Positions 11,206 to 24,396 of a stretch of 64,000 nucleotides of DNA are shown here, in pieces (positions within the stretch are counted from its first letter, which is position 1; each line of letters starts with the position of its first letter). The position numbers and the translations under genes were made by a program. The DNA lies in the NCBI GenBank assembly GCA_030390025.1, contig JASTWF010000048.1, positions 2,046,001-2,110,000 of the forward strand. Direction: 5' to 3'. The notes beneath the pieces were generated by a model, which worked only from the letters and a program-made list of their open reading frames with translations, did not search any database and was not told the DNA's origin. This stretch comes from Squalus acanthias (lineage: Eukaryota).

Positions 11206-13002
11206 CTTTTAGTGGAAGCTTCTGTCTTAATAATGAAAGGAGCGAGAACAGGAGAGTTGTGTCTTGTGAGGATCCAACCCGCTCTTTTCAAATCATTGAG
11301 CAAAACATGAGGAGCATAAGGAAGTCACGGAGGTTTGGACAGGCCCGCCCCTCCCTCTCTGATTGACAGTCCCGCCATTCCCTCTCTGATTGGCAGCCCA
11401 GCCACTACCTCTCCGATTGGCAGTAATTAGACCAGACGGGAGCTGAATGTTGCAATGGGGACACAGGCGGATTAAATGAACGAGCAAAACCGAGGTAGAG
11501 GGAGCTTAATGTGGGCAAGTGTGAGACCATCCACCGGCAACCTAAGAAAAAGAGATCAGAAAATGTGCTAAATGGTGAAATGCCGGGAACTGTGGAGGTA
11601 CAAAGTGATTTAGGCGTCAAGCTACACAAATCGGTCTAGGCCAGGAGACAGATACAAAAATCAAAAAGGCTACTGGAATGTTGGCCTTTATATGTATGGT
11701 GCTGGAATACAGAGGAGAGAAAGATATGCTTCAGTTGTACAGAGATCTGGTCATACTATATCTGCAACAGGACGTTGAGTTCTGGGCAACACACTTCAGG
11801 AAGGATATATTGGCCTTGGAGGGAGTGCAATGCAGATTCACCAGAAAGATACCGGGGCTTAGAGAGTTAATATATGAGGACAGATTACATAGAGTAGGCT
11901 CGTATTCCATTGAGTATAGAAGATTGAGCAGTGATCCTACTGAGGTGTTTTAAATGTTAAAAGTATTGGAGACTGTAGTTAGAGAGAAGGTATTCCCGCT
12001 GGTGAGGGGCAGTCCAGAACTAGGGACCATCAGCTGAGCATTAAAGCGAGGCCGATCAAGGGTCATATCTGGAGGCATCTCTTGACAAAAAGGATAATGG
12101 AAATCTGCAGTTCTCCCGCCCAAAGTGCTGTTGAGGCCAGAGTTCAACTGGAGATTTCAAAATTGGATTTTTGTTGGATAAGGGTATCTAGGGTGAGGGA
12201 ACCAATGTGGATAAATGAGGTTGATGGTCAATTGGAGCTTTCAAGACTGAGATTGATAGATATCTGTTGGGTAAGTGTATCGAGGTCCATGGAGCAAATG
12301 CGGTTAGATAGAATGAAGATACACATCAACCATGATCGCATTGGCTGGCTTAGCAGTCTCGAGGGCTGAATGCCCACCTCCTGTTCCTGTGTAACAGGCT
12401 CGTGTAGCTGAATGAGCATACTACTGTAAATGTGTACACGGTCCCAAGGGGGCTTAATCGCCTTCTCCTGTTCCTATGTAACAGGATGAACGGGACTGAA
12501 TGACCTCCTCCTATTCCATATTAAACTATATTACAAGCAACTGTGTGTTTCATGGTCCTAGAGTGCCCACTTTAGTCTTTGAAGAGAAAGAAAACACAGT
12601 GTAAGTGTGTAAAAGCTCGGCAGTCTATTTCCATCCTTTCCTTCTTTCTATCTTTCTTTCCCTGTTTCTTACATTTTTTTCTTCCCTTCTTTCTTCCTTC
12701 CTTTCTGTCTTTCGTTCTTTCTTTCCATCATCCTTTCGTTTCTGCATTGTTTCATTCTTTCTATCATTCTTTCTTTCTATCTTCCTTTTTTTCTTCCATT
12801 TTTCTTTCGTTCTATCGTTCTACACTACATCTAACTTCATCTTTCTTTGCAACTTTTCAAGCGCCTTTTTTGTCTTTTTCTCACTTTTATTCCAACCCGT
12901 CACTTGATCTTGTCAAAAGCACGTTCGCTCTGCACAAGAGTAAATCAACAGGTCTCAGCGCAGCGCGGTTTTATCTCAAACAGGTGTTTCTTGCCGCTTT
13001 GG

Positions 13003-13041
13003 GGTTTTTGTTGAGCTCCTCCATCTCTCTGAGTCACTGTG
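13003..13041 (-). other. 23-RSS of A4
   Basis: CACAGTG-23-ACAAAAACC. Confidence 0.97.
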
Positions 13042-13546
13042 AAGACTCCAGGCGCAGTAATACACGGCCGAGTGATTCGCCCGCAGGCTGGAGGACTTCA
13101 GGTTGAACTCGTTGCCATTCGGTCGCTCGGCGGTAAAACCGTCCACCTTCCCCTCTGGATTCACGCTTTGTACAACTGAGGAGTAAAACATCAACTGCGG
13201 CCCCTTCCCCGGGTCCTGTCTGTACCACGACATGGTACCGCTATTGGCGCCCTCCACGGCGCACTTTAGTTCGACTCCCTCCCCAGCAAATTTGGAGACA
13301 GTGGCTGGAATCTGGCGGATAGTCTGCGAGTTCACATCTGACAAAAAGACAGGGAGAGGAGGATGACAGTAATCAGAGGCAATCTGGGTTCTGAGGCAAG
13401 AAAGAAATAAAGAACGAGAGAAAGAGAGAATGAAGGAAATAACGAAAGAAAGAACGAAATAGTAAAGAAAGGTTATTAATAAAGATTATTGTGTGTAAAA
13501 ATCACTTACATTGAAATAGGATTATGAAACTCAGTAACAGATACAT
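13042..13546 (-). CDS. TRBV: TCR beta V segment family A (A4), apparently functional; exons 13510-13546 and 13042-13337
   Basis: Leader MYLLLSFIILFQ; V ...ELKCAVEGANSGTMSWYRQDPGKGPQLMFYS...YYCAWSL. Confidence 0.92.
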
Positions 13547-13660
13547 CTTTAACTTGAAGATTTACTTGTAAAAATAAAATCAGCGAAAACAAGTGCGTTG
13601 AGTCTTGTGAGGATCCAACCCGCTCTTTTCAAATCATTGAGGAAACCATGAGGAGCGGAA

Positions 13661-13672
13661 GGAAGTGACGCA
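13661..13672 (+). promoter_or_regulatory. Ets + CRE-half-site composite upstream of A4
   Basis: GGAAGTGACGCA ~115 bp upstream of the ATG; variants at 25553, 38693 and 62018. Confidence 0.55.
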
Positions 13673-14020
13673 TGCCCCTCGCTCTCTGATTGACAGCACC
13701 GCTCCTTCACTCCCAGGCTGGGTCACAGACACGCCCCTCCTACGCTGACTGACAGACCCGCCCCTCACTCTCTGAGCAGATGGGAGCAGGAAGTTGCAAA
13801 GGTGACCTAAACAGATTATGTGAATGGGAAGGAAACAGCGGCAGGCAGAGTTTAACGTGGGCAAGTATCAGGTCAGCCACGGTGGTCCTAAGGAAGAAAG
13901 ATCAGAGTATTTTGAACCTGGTGAGAAGCTAGGAACTGTGAAGTAGCAAAGGCAATTAGTTCTTTAGGTACACAAATCACTAAAAGCCAGGAGACAGGTG
14001 CAAAAAGAAAGCCTTGCATT

Positions 14021-14305
14021 TAAGAAAGACTTGTATTGATATAGCGCCTTTCACGACCACCGGCCGTCTCAACGTGATTTACAGCCAATGAAGTACTTTT
14101 GAAGTGGAGTCATTGTTGCAATGTGAGAAACGCGGCAGCCAATTTGCGCACAGCAAGCTCCCACAAGCAGTAATGTGATAATGACCAGATGAACTGTTTA
14201 TGTTATGTTTGTTGAGGGATAAATGTTGGCCAGGACACCGGGATAACTCCCCCTACTCTTCCTCGAAATAGTGCGCCGGGATCTTTTACGGCCACATGAG
14301 AGCAT
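14021..14305 (-). mobile_element. Deu-domain SINE (SacSINE1/AmnSINE1-like), 5' truncated
   Basis: ttggccaggacaccgggataactcccc..ctcttc..gaaatagtgc..gggatctttta recognised as Deu-domain-like. Confidence 0.7.
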
Positions 14306-14936
14306 ACGCGAAATACAAAAGTGAGGAAGTTAAGCTTCAGTTGTACAGAGCCCCGGTCAGACTCTGGAACACTATGTTCAGTTCTGGGCACCGCACCTCT
14401 GAAAGGATACATTGACCTTGGAAGGAGAGCAACAAAGATTCACAAGAACGATACCGGGGCTTAGAAGGTTAAATTATGGGGGTTGATTACAAGACCAGCC
14501 TTGATTTCCTTGAGGGGTGAACTGATTTCGCTTTTTTTAATGTTGAAAGGAGCTTATATAATAGAGAGATGGGGACTGATTCCTCTGGTGGGGGAGTCCA
14601 GAACAACGAGGCATAACCTTACAATTAGTGCTAGGGTTTCAGGGGTGAGATTAGGAAGCACGTCTTCATATAAAGTGTACTGGAAATCTTAACACTCTCC
14701 CACGAAAGGCTGTGGATGCTGGGGGTCAATCGTTGATTTGAAGACTGATATTGATGGATTTCAGTCGGGTAAGGGTGTGGCGGAATTAGGAGTAAAGGCA
14801 GCTGGATGGAGTTAAGGTACAGATCAAATATAAGCTAGTTGAGTGGCGGAACGGGCTCGAAGGGCTGTATGGTCTCCTCCTGTTCCTTATTTCCAATTAA
14901 ACCGCGTTCCAGTCACTGATGTGTTTCGTGATCCTA

Positions 14937-14955
14937 GAGCGCCCCCTGCAGCACG
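14937..14955 (-). promoter_or_regulatory. Putative CTCF-binding element
   Basis: CGTGCTGCAGGGGGCGCTC. Confidence 0.6.
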
Positions 14956-15747
14956 TGTGGAGAAAGAACATGCAAAATCAGTGAAAAAAAACCACGTCTT
15001 TTTACTTGCTCTCTTTATCTCTTGATCTTTTTCTTTCATTCTATTGTCTTTCTTTCTCTATCCCTTTCTTTTGCTTTTTCGATCATTATTTCGTTCGTTC
15101 TTTCTTTCCCTCTTTCTTTCAGTTCTTCATTCATTCTTGCTGACTGAATGTGCTCAACTCTTCACCACAGGATGTGTTGATGTTGTAACTTATCTTTAAT
15201 TTATGAACTCTAGTTTTGCTCTTCCACACAACAACAAAAACAACTTGTAATTACATAGCGCCTCTCTCTGTCTCTCTGTCTGTGTCTGTCTCTTTCTCTC
15301 CCTCTGTCTCATCCTGTCTCTCTATCTGTCTGTCTCCCTCACTCACTCTCAATCTCTCTTACTCTCACTCTTTTAAAATAAACTGCATTGAAAGGTAAAC
15401 GTGCGCTGACCAGACCTGATCTCCAGACATACACAGTGGAGCAGGAGTGAGAGATACGCGGTCCCATAGCCCCACACTACCAGTACCCTCCGCTCCTCCT
15501 GATCCTTCAACAAATGCACGGATTGTTTACTTGTTGCAGTGCGGGGATGACGTATCACGTCAGACGACAAGCCTCAACATCTTGTCCCCAATCATTTAAT
15601 GCGTGGACTGCAGAGTAGGGAATAGGGGATGGGAGGGGTTGGAGAGGAAGGATTAGGGGAGTAGGGAGGAGAGGAGGGGGAGGAATGAAGGAGATAGCAA
15701 GCACTGAACTTACATCTAGTGCTGAGGAAATGATGCAATGAACGCTA

Positions 15748-15786
15748 GGTTTTTGTAGCGGGGGAGCCGCTTTCTCAAACGTTGTG
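15748..15786 (-). other. 23-RSS of B5
   Basis: CACAACG-23-ACAAAAACC. Confidence 0.9.
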
Positions 15787-16708
15787 CAATACTACAAGCA
15801 CAGTAATAGACAGCGGTGTGAGACGGAGAGGCGGCGCTCAGTTCCAAAGTAAACAGCGTATCGCTGCTTCTTTCTGCCTTAAAAGACTCGGTCGTGTAAT
15901 TTGTAACATAACCAGCTCCAACAGAATAGAAAAGAGCTTCTAATGCCCGGGCGGGTTGTTGTCTGTACCAGTACATTCTGGGATAGCCAGTATTCTTCAG
16001 CGTGCATCTGAGCGTGTTCGACTCTCCTGCTCCAATCGATAGGAAAGAAGGCGACTGCTCCACGTACGAGGCGCGTATTCCTGTCGAACGCAACATCGAA
16101 TAGTTTCTTATTTTTGTAAATAATTGATTTCAGCACGGAATACATATCAGGAAAAAAAGAACTTCCATTCATAAAGCGCATTAACGACCTCAGAAACTTA
16201 CAAAGCTCCTTACAACAAATGAAGTACTGAATAAAGTGTAGTCATTGCTGTAATGCAGGAAACGAGATAGCCATTTTGAGCACAGCAAGCTCCCACATCC
16301 TACATTGAAATAAGTGACCAGTACATCTGTTTTTTTGGTGTTATTTCTGGGAATAATTTTGGCACAGGTCACCGGCGACAACTTCGTTCTTCCAATATTG
16401 CCCTGGGATCATTTACGTCCACCTGAGAGGGCAGCTCAGTTTAACGCCTTATCTGAAAGATGGCACCTCCGATAGTGCAGCACTCCCTCAGTGCTGGTCT
16501 CGGGAATTTCAGCAGAGATTTTGTGCTCAAGTCTCAGTAGAAAGACTCGAACCCAAAACCTTCGATTCGGAGGCAAGGTTTCTGCCAGCTGAACAACTGC
16601 TGATATTATAATACATTATTCTACAAAGACCTCTGCATAAGTTTGTTACTTTGACTTACGTGGGAGCAGTGCCACCATCAACGTTAGAAAATGAGCTTCA
16701 TGAAACAT
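15787..16708 (-). CDS. TRBV: TCR beta V segment family B (B5), apparently functional; exons 16660-16708 and 15787-16080
   Basis: Leader MFHEAHFLTLMVALLP|gtaagt; V IRASYVEQSP..LRCTLKNTGYPRMYWYRQQP..SPSHTAVYYCACSI. Confidence 0.9.
16158..16603 (-). mobile_element. tRNA-headed Deu-domain SINE in the B5 leader intron
   Basis: Head with gggttcgagtc B-box plus Deu domain; orthologous copies at 33513-33953, 48635-49080 and 56143-56595. Confidence 0.75.
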
Positions 16709-16826
16709 GATTTATTTATTCGACACTGGCTCGCTGTGTGATCGAGTGTAGCTCAATACCACGTTTAAAGGCAGTTTATCTGTTGCATCTGATTGAAGAC
16801 AAAGCATCCGGTTGCAATTGTCACTC

Positions 16827-16840
16827 TTACGTCACTTCCT
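16827..16840 (-). promoter_or_regulatory. Vbeta decamer-like CRE + Ets site of B5 promoter
   Basis: AGGAAGTGACGTAA ~120 bp upstream of ATG; resembles the mammalian Vbeta decamer AGTGAYRTCA. Confidence 0.7.
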
Positions 16841-19241
16841 GAGTAGCCTACGAGCCATCCCATTCCTACGGTAGTTAAGCAAATTCACAGAACCGTACAG
16901 CACAGAAGTTAAGGAGAGAAGTAATAGAAATGTTCAAAATTAAGAAGGATTTTGATAGACTTGATAGGGAGAAACTATATCCACTGGCAGGAGGATCGTT
17001 AACCAGAGGGCACAGATTTAAGATAATGGGCAAAAGAACCAGCGGGGAGATGAGGAAACATAAATGTTATTACACAGGGAGTTTTCATGATCTGGAATGT
17101 ATTGCCTGGACGGGCAGTGGAAACAGATTCAATAATAACTTTCAAAAGGAAATTGGAGACAAACTTGAAAAAGAAAGAGAACACAGGTCTATGGGGAATG
17201 AGCAGGACAGCCGGACTAAATTGACAGGAGCGACCAAAACTAAGGGTCACAAATATAAGACAAACACTAATAAATCGAACAGAGAATTCAGGAGTAATAT
17301 CTTTACCCAAAGTGTGCTGGGAATGTAGTACTTGATACCACGTGGAGTGTTTGATGGAAATAGCATAAATGCATTTACGCAGAAATTAGATAAGTATGTG
17401 AGGGAGGAAGGAATAGAAGGATATGATGATGGGGTGTTAGAAGATGGGTGGGATGAAACCCGAGGGGGTCTCGTTGGTTCGGACTGTCAAAGAGACAGCA
17501 CAGGCTCGATGGGCCGAATGGCCTCCTTCTGTGCTGTACGAAGTTATGCTTCTATAAGGCACGCAACATTGTTGTTACAAAGTGCTCTCCTGTTTCAGGC
17601 AGTGCGGGTCTCAGTTCCTGTGTGCTGAATGAGAATTCAAAGGTTACATTTTTTACTGGATTGAATTCGCAGAATCATTCAGAAAGACATCAAAAGGCCC
17701 CTAGAGCCTGATAGAGAAGCGGCTCAACGGTTGTGAACAGATGCTGAAACCGCCGTCATGATGCAGGTGTCCCGGTGACAAACGTATCTGGAGGCGCATC
17801 TCGACTTTGCACAGCGTGAAACTTCGGTGACACGTTTAAGGATTCTAAGATTAACAATTTCCTATTTGTATGAGTCCAACTTAGAGCAGAGAAGGTTAAG
17901 GGGAGAATAGATAGAGGTGTTCAAAATCATGAAAGTTTTGATAGAGCAATTAAGGAAAAATTATCTCCAGTGGCCGCAGGGTCGGTAACCAGAGGAGGCA
18001 GATAAAAGGTGATTGGCAGAAGAACCAGAGGGGAAGAGCAGGAGAATGTGTTTGCTCTGCGAGTTGTTATTATCTGGAATGAACCGTCTGAAAGGGCGGT
18101 GGAAGAAGGTACAATAGTAACTTTCAAAACTTTACAGGGCTATGGGGAAAGAGATGGGGAATGGGACAAATCGGACAGCACTTTCAAAGAGACGGCACAG
18201 GCACAATGGGCCAAATGGACTCCATCTGTGCTCCATCTGTGGTGCATCATTCTAAGGTTCTTTGATAATCAGCGCATCTCTGGTCACTACCGCAATCCGA
18301 CAAATCGGGGAGGGATCTATACCTCCTCTCGTGAGGTGATCCTGGGAATTATTCAGAGGAATAATCGGGAGGTACGTGCGACTGATTCCCATATTCCTCT
18401 GTTCGCTCTTTCAACTATGGCATTAAGCCATTTACCCCTCCGCCTCATCTACTTCTTATAATGTAGAGAATATATTAAAGAAAAGGACATCCAAACCATT
18501 AATACAATATGTTTAATGGTTAATAATCAATTAAATCCATCTANNNNNNNNNNNNNNNNNNNNNNNNNNNNNNNNNNNNNNNNNNNNNNNNNNNNNNNNN
18601 NNNNNNNNNNNNNNNNNNNNNNNNNNNNNNNNNNNNNNNNNNNNNNNNNNNNNNNNNNNNNNNNNNNNNNNNNNNNNNNNNNNNNNNNNNNNNNNNNNNN
18701 NNNNNNNNNNNNNNNNNNNNNNNNNNNNNNNNNNNNNNNNNNNNNNNNNNNNNNNNNNNNNNNNNNNNNNNNNNNNNNNNNNNNNNNNNNNNNNNNNNNN
18801 NNNNNNNNNNNNNNNNNNNNNNNNNNNNNNNNNNNNNNNNNNNNNNNNNNNNNNNNNNNNNNNNNNNNCATGTAGGAGCTAGATGGTTAATTTAAGAGGG
18901 CAGGCTGAAAATCAATTGGAGCATTCAAGACTGAGATTGATAAATATTTGTGGGGTTTGGGTATCGAGAAATATGTATCAAAGGTGATTAGATGAAATTC
19001 AATCAAACATCAGCCATGATCTCATTGAATGGCAGGTCAGGCTCGAGAGGCTCAATGGCCCCCTCTTCTTCCTAGGTAACAGGCTCGAATAGCTACCCGG
19101 CCTTCTCCTGTCTAACAGGCTAGAGGAATATATGAACGCTTCCTGTTCCTGCGTAATAGATGCAAGGGGATTGAAAGACCTCCACTTAATCCTGTCTTCT
19201 GAGCAATACATATTCAATCAACTGAGTGATTCGTGGTCCTA

Positions 19242-19259
19242 GACCGCCCTCTGCTGTCC
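19242..19259 (-). promoter_or_regulatory. Putative CTCF-binding element
   Basis: GGACAGCAGAGGGCGGTC. Confidence 0.55.
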
Positions 19260-20090
19260 TCGTGGAGAACGAAAACACAGTGTTCAGTTTGTAAAATCCA
19301 ACAGTCTTTTTATTTTAGTTCCTTCTTTATATTTTTCTCTCCTTCTTTCTGCCATTCCTTCAGTCTTTCTTTCGTTCTCTCTTCGTTTCCTTCCTTGTTT
19401 TCTTTCTTGATATCTAAAACATATTTTCTCTCTATCTACCTTTCATTCTATCATTCCGCAGTCCATCTAACTTAATCTTACATTCCACCTTTTCCGTTGC
19501 CTTTATATCCAATGATCAAAGAGGTAGGTTTTAAGGAGCGTCTTAGAGGAGGAAAGAGAGGTAGCATCGGCTGAAAGGTTTAGGGGGGAAATGCAGAGCT
19601 TAGGGCCGAGGCAACAGAAGGCACGGCCACCGATGGTTGAGCGATTATAATCAGAGATGCTAAAGAGGGCAGAATTAGAGGAGCCCAGATATCTCGGGTG
19701 GTTATGGGGCTGAAGGGGATTTCAGAGATAGGGAGGGGTGAGGCCATGGAGGGATTTGAAAACAAGGATGAGAATTTTGAAATCGAGGCGCTGCTTAACC
19801 TGGATCCAATCTTGAAGATCTCTATCAGATCACCACTAAGCCTTCTCCTTTCTAGAGAAAAGAGCCCCAGCCTGTTCAGCCTTTCATGATAGTTATAACT
19901 TCTACAGTTCTGGAATCATTCTTGTTATTCCTGATTTGCAGCTTCTCCAGTGCCTCTACATCTAATCTCTCAGGTTAAATCAAACCCGTCTCCTCTTCTT
20001 CTCAAAAGCACGCTCGCTGTCCAAAATAAACCAAAAAGGGCGTAGCAGCGCGCGGTTATTTCTTAAACAGGTGTTTCCTGCCGCCTTTCG

Positions 20091-20129
20091 GGTGTTTGTT
20101 GAGCTCCTCCATCTCTCTGAGTCACTGTG
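20091..20129 (-). other. 23-RSS of A6
   Basis: CACAGTG-23-ACAAACACC. Confidence 0.92.
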
Positions 20130-20730
20130 AAGACGCCAGGTGCAGTAATACACGGGCGAGTGATTCGCCCGCAGGCTGGTGGACTTCAGGTTGAAGATGT
20201 AGTCATTCGGTCGCTCGGCGGTAAAACCGTCCACCGTCCCCTCTGCAGTTAGACTTTGTGCAGTTAGGGAGATAAACATCAACTGCGGCTCCTTCGATGG
20301 ATATTGTCGGTAACAGTACATGTTAGGGGAATCTGCTCCCTCAACAGTGCATTTCAGTTCCACTCCATCCCGAGGAATTCTGGAGACAGCTGCGGGCGTC
20401 TGGCGGATAGTCTGTGAGTTTACGTCTGAGAAATAAAGGGAGAAGGTCAATAAACAGGANNNNNNNNNNNNNNNNNNNNNNNNNNNNNNNNNNNNNNNNN
20501 NNNNNNNNNNNNNNNNNNNNNNNNNNNNNNNNNNNNNNNNNNNNNNNNNNNNNNNNNNNNNNNNNNNNNNNNNNNNNNNNNNNNNNNNNNNNNNNNNNNN
20601 NNNNNNNNNNNNNNNNNNNNNNNGATAGAATGGAAGGAAGAAAACGTAAAGAAGGGCTATTGACAAGAATGATTTTATTATATATTCTCTTACGGTGAAA
20701 CAAGATAATTATACCCAGTAACAGATACAT
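20130..20730 (-). pseudogene. TRBV: TCR beta V family A (A6): open frame but conserved Trp>Cys and upstream promoter deleted
   Basis: Leader 20694-20730 MYLLLGIIILFH; V exon 20130-20425 ..SPNMYCYRQ..YYCTWRL; upstream sequence breaks at ~20777. Confidence 0.75.
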
Positions 20731-21838
20731 CTTTTACTGGAAGCTTTTCCCTTAATAATGAAAGGAGCGAGAACAGTGCGAGGTCATCCACTTGGGATCA
20801 AAGAAAGATAGATCAGAGTATTTTCTAAATGGTGTTAAGCTAGGAATTTGGGAGGAGCAAGGGGATTTAACTGCTCATGTAAACAAATCACTAAATGCCG
20901 ATAGAAAGGGAAAAAAGGAATCAAAAAGGAATTGAAGGATATGCTAATGGGAGTACTTGAAGAGGGTTAGGACGAATCCGGTGGGGGTCAAATTGGATAG
21001 GTCTTTCAAAGAGCCGCAACAGACCAGACGGGCCGAATGGCCTCCTTCAGTGCTGTAGGATTCTATGATTCTTGGATAAACGGAATGTTGCTGGGAAAAA
21101 TGCTCTCCTGTTTCAGGCAGTGCAGGTTTCAGTTCCGATGTGCTGAGCGAGAATTCAAAGGTTAAATTCTTGGCTGAGCTGAATTAGCAGATTCTTTGAA
21201 AAACACATCAAAAGGCGCCTAGAGTTTGTTAGAGAAGCGGGTAAACGGTTTTCAACAGATTCTGAAACCGCCGTCATGCGGCAGGTGTCCCGGAGACAAA
21301 CATATCTGAAGATGCGTCTCGTCTTCACACAGTGTGAAACATCGGTGAGAATTGCAAGGGTTCTAACATTAACTATTTCCTAATTGTATGGGGTGTTCTC
21401 CTTAGAGCAAAGAATGTAAGGCGGAGATTTACCAGAATGGTACCAGGGAGGAGCGACTCCAATTTGCTGGAGAGACTGGAGAAGCTGGTGTTGTTCTGTC
21501 TGCAGCACGCAATCTGGTTGTTAAATGACGATAATATCTTAAAAGAAAGACATTCAGTAAGTTGATACATCAAATTTTAATTAATTAAAAGCAATTTGNN
21601 NNNNNNNNNNNNNNNNNNNNNNNNNNNNNNNNNNNNNNNNNNNNNNNNNNNNNNNNNNNNNNNNNNNNNNNNNNNNNNNNNNNNNNNNNNNNNNNNNNNN
21701 NNNNNNNNNNNNNNNNNNNNNNNNNNNNNNNNNNNNNNNNNNNNNNNNNNNNNNNNNNNNNNNNNNNNNNNNNNNNNNNNNNNNNNNNNNNTCTATCTAT
21801 CATTAGAACTAGTTGGGGGTTGGTGTCTGAGACGGGCG

Positions 21839-21877
21839 GGTTTTTGTAGCACGGTTCAATCTGAGTGTGTTACTGTG
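21839..21877 (-). other. 23-RSS of C7
   Basis: CACAGTA-23-ACAAAAACC. Confidence 0.93.
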
Positions 21878-23028
21878 CATCACCGCAGGCGCAGAAATAC
21901 CGCGCCGTGTCGTTCGGCCGCACCATCGATATCTTCAGATCGAAGGAGTTATCTGCAGTTTTCTTGGCCCAAAATCTCTCCGTGATCCCCTCCGACCTGG
22001 TCGGGTCACCTTCATACATCGCATACAAGAGGTCCTGGAGTCCCAATCCCGGGAGCTGGCGGTACCAGTACATATAAGCATCACTGCCGCGTTGGGTACA
22101 CGGTATAGTCACAGACTCGCCCTCTCTCACCGACACATACTCCCGGGACTGTACTATCTTCTGAGACCCGCCAACACCTGGAAGGCAAATAGGAATGAAC
22201 AGCAAAGAGAGACAGTTATTTCCCCAGAAACAAGACACAATAACCTGTTTCATTATTTACTGTTCTGAGACTGATTTTCCCCTTTCACTCACACACTTGC
22301 TTTTCATTTCAATCGATGTACTTCCTCTATTTTAACATGAACCTAATTGAGCTGACCAAAGGATTGCATAGGCTAGATAGGGCGAAATTATTTCCTCTGT
22401 CTACCCTATCACCCCGCTGTTCCTCTGCTCCTTAACATAAACATTCAACCTGCTCTACCGCGCGACATTCTGGTTTTAGTCGATTTGCCAAAACCAGATT
22501 AATATTCAAAAGCCGCAGGCACTTGTAGTTAGACAGGAGCCAATAGGTTTAGTGGAGCTCTCCTTGTAATATGGATTGGCGTGGAAATGTCAGTCACTGG
22601 TTCAACTATTATAGAAGAATCCCTGTTAACTAAATGTGCATCCCGCCCTTATTGAACACAATTTATCTCCTTTAAGTGTCACGAAACAGATATAGTCTAC
22701 TTGCTCCAACAACCCTGTTCTCTTCCTTTCCTTTGTTCTTTCTTTCTTTTTAGCTATTTTCTTTCTGTCTTTCTTTTTTCTTTATTTCTGTCTTTCTTTC
22801 CATCTTTCCTTCGTTCTATCATTCTTTCTTACTATCTTTCTTTATATCTTTTTATTTCATCCATTCATTCTTTCTCTTTTTGTTGCAAATTAAAACTTGT
22901 TTTGTAGGCTCTTTAATTGAATCCTTCTCCAAAAGCCAAAGGCCTCCATGTGACACCGGCCTCTCGCTTTACTTACCCGCCAATAGGAACAGCGGCAACG
23001 TGCAGGACAGGAGGCAAGGCCGCATCAT
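21878..23028 (-). CDS. TRBV: TCR beta V segment family C (C7), apparently functional; exons 22977-23028 and 21878-22177
   Basis: Leader MMRPCLLSCTLPLFLLA|gtaagt; V GVGGSQKIVQSRE..IPCTQRGSDAYMYWYRQ..PNDTARYFCACGD. Confidence 0.88.
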
Positions 23029-24378
23029 ACGGGACAGAGGGTCTGAGACCGGGAGCCCCTCGACCAACAAGCGATCCAGAGACTGGAGCAATGACACTGT
23101 GGTGTGCAAGGCCCGAACTGGCGCGTGTAAACGGCAACGTTCTCTATCATTCATAAGAAAACATTGAACATACAATGCACCGCCCCTCCATCTATGACTG
23201 GCAGCCCCGCCCCTCACTCGATGATTGATAGCCCCGTCCGCCCTCTATATTTAATTGCCCCGTCATATTTCTCTGATTGACAGCCCCTCCCCACCGTCTA
23301 CAATGAAAAGCCCGGCCCCTCATTCTCTGATTGGCAGTAAGTAGATCAGCTGGGAACTGGGAGTTGCAATGGGACATAGAGATTAAGTGAGCGGGCAAAA
23401 TAGTGGAAGAAGGAACAGTGGAACAAGTGGGGAAGTGCGAGGTCATCCACTTGGGATTGAAGAAAGATTTTCTAAATGGTGTTAAGCTAGGAATTTCGCA
23501 GGAGCATGGGGATTTAACTGCCCAGGTAAACAAATCACTAAATGCCGGTAGAAAGGGAAAAAATGAATCAAAAAGGCTAAAGGGATGTTGTCCTTTATCT
23601 CAAGGGGTCTGGATTACAAACGGCAGGAAGTTATTCTTCTGTCGTATAGAGAATTGGTCAGAGCCCATCTGGAGTACTGAGTTCAATTCTGGGTACTGCA
23701 CCTCAGGAAGGATATATTAGACTTGGAGGGGATGCAGCGCTGATTCATCTGCCTGATACCCGGGAATGAGAGGGTAAAATTATGAGGAAGGATTGCAAAA
23801 CTTGGCCTATATTAACTTGAGTAAAGAAGATCAGTGCTGAACTGATTGAGTTTTGTAAATGTTAAAACAAGTTGATAGGGTAGATAGAGAGAAACTTTTT
23901 CCTCCGGTGGGGGAGTCCAGAACTAATTGGAAAAACTTTAAAGTTACAGTTAGGTCGTTCAGGCATTGTGTCAAAAATCACCTCTTCACACAATGGTAGT
24001 GGAAATGTGGAAAGCTCTCCTCCCAGAATCTTTTAAGGCTGAGGGTTAATTGGAGCTTTCAAGACTGTGATTGATAGATATTTGTTGGGTAAGTGTGTCG
24101 AAGTTCATGGAGCAAATGCGGTTTGATAGAATGAAGATACACATCAACCATGATCTCATTGGCTGGCATTGCAGTCTCGAGGGGCTGAATGGCCTCCTCC
24201 TGTTACAGTGTAACAGGCTGGTTTGTCTGAATGGGCCTACTCCTGTACCTGTGTACACGGTCCCAAAGGAGCTTAAGGACTTCTCCTGTTCATATGTAAC
24301 AGGCTGAGCGAGACTGAATGACCTCCTTCTATTCCACTTTAAATCGTATTGCAAGCAAACGTGCAGTTCATGGTACTA

Positions 24379-24396
24379 GAGCGCCATCTTCAGTCT
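24379..24396 (-). promoter_or_regulatory. Putative CTCF-binding element (weaker)
   Basis: AGACTGAAGATGGCGCTC. Confidence 0.45.

Noticed and set aside
16530-16603. tRNA-like sequence with A/B boxes
   Set aside because: It is the head of a SINE, not a tRNA gene; no full cloverleaf.
18516-18875. ORFs spanning N-runs (many across the window)
   Set aside because: Artefacts of gaps or masking, mostly at TAGA/TTTC repeats; gap sizes are unreliable (e.g. 29317-29690 is too short to hold the B10 leader region).
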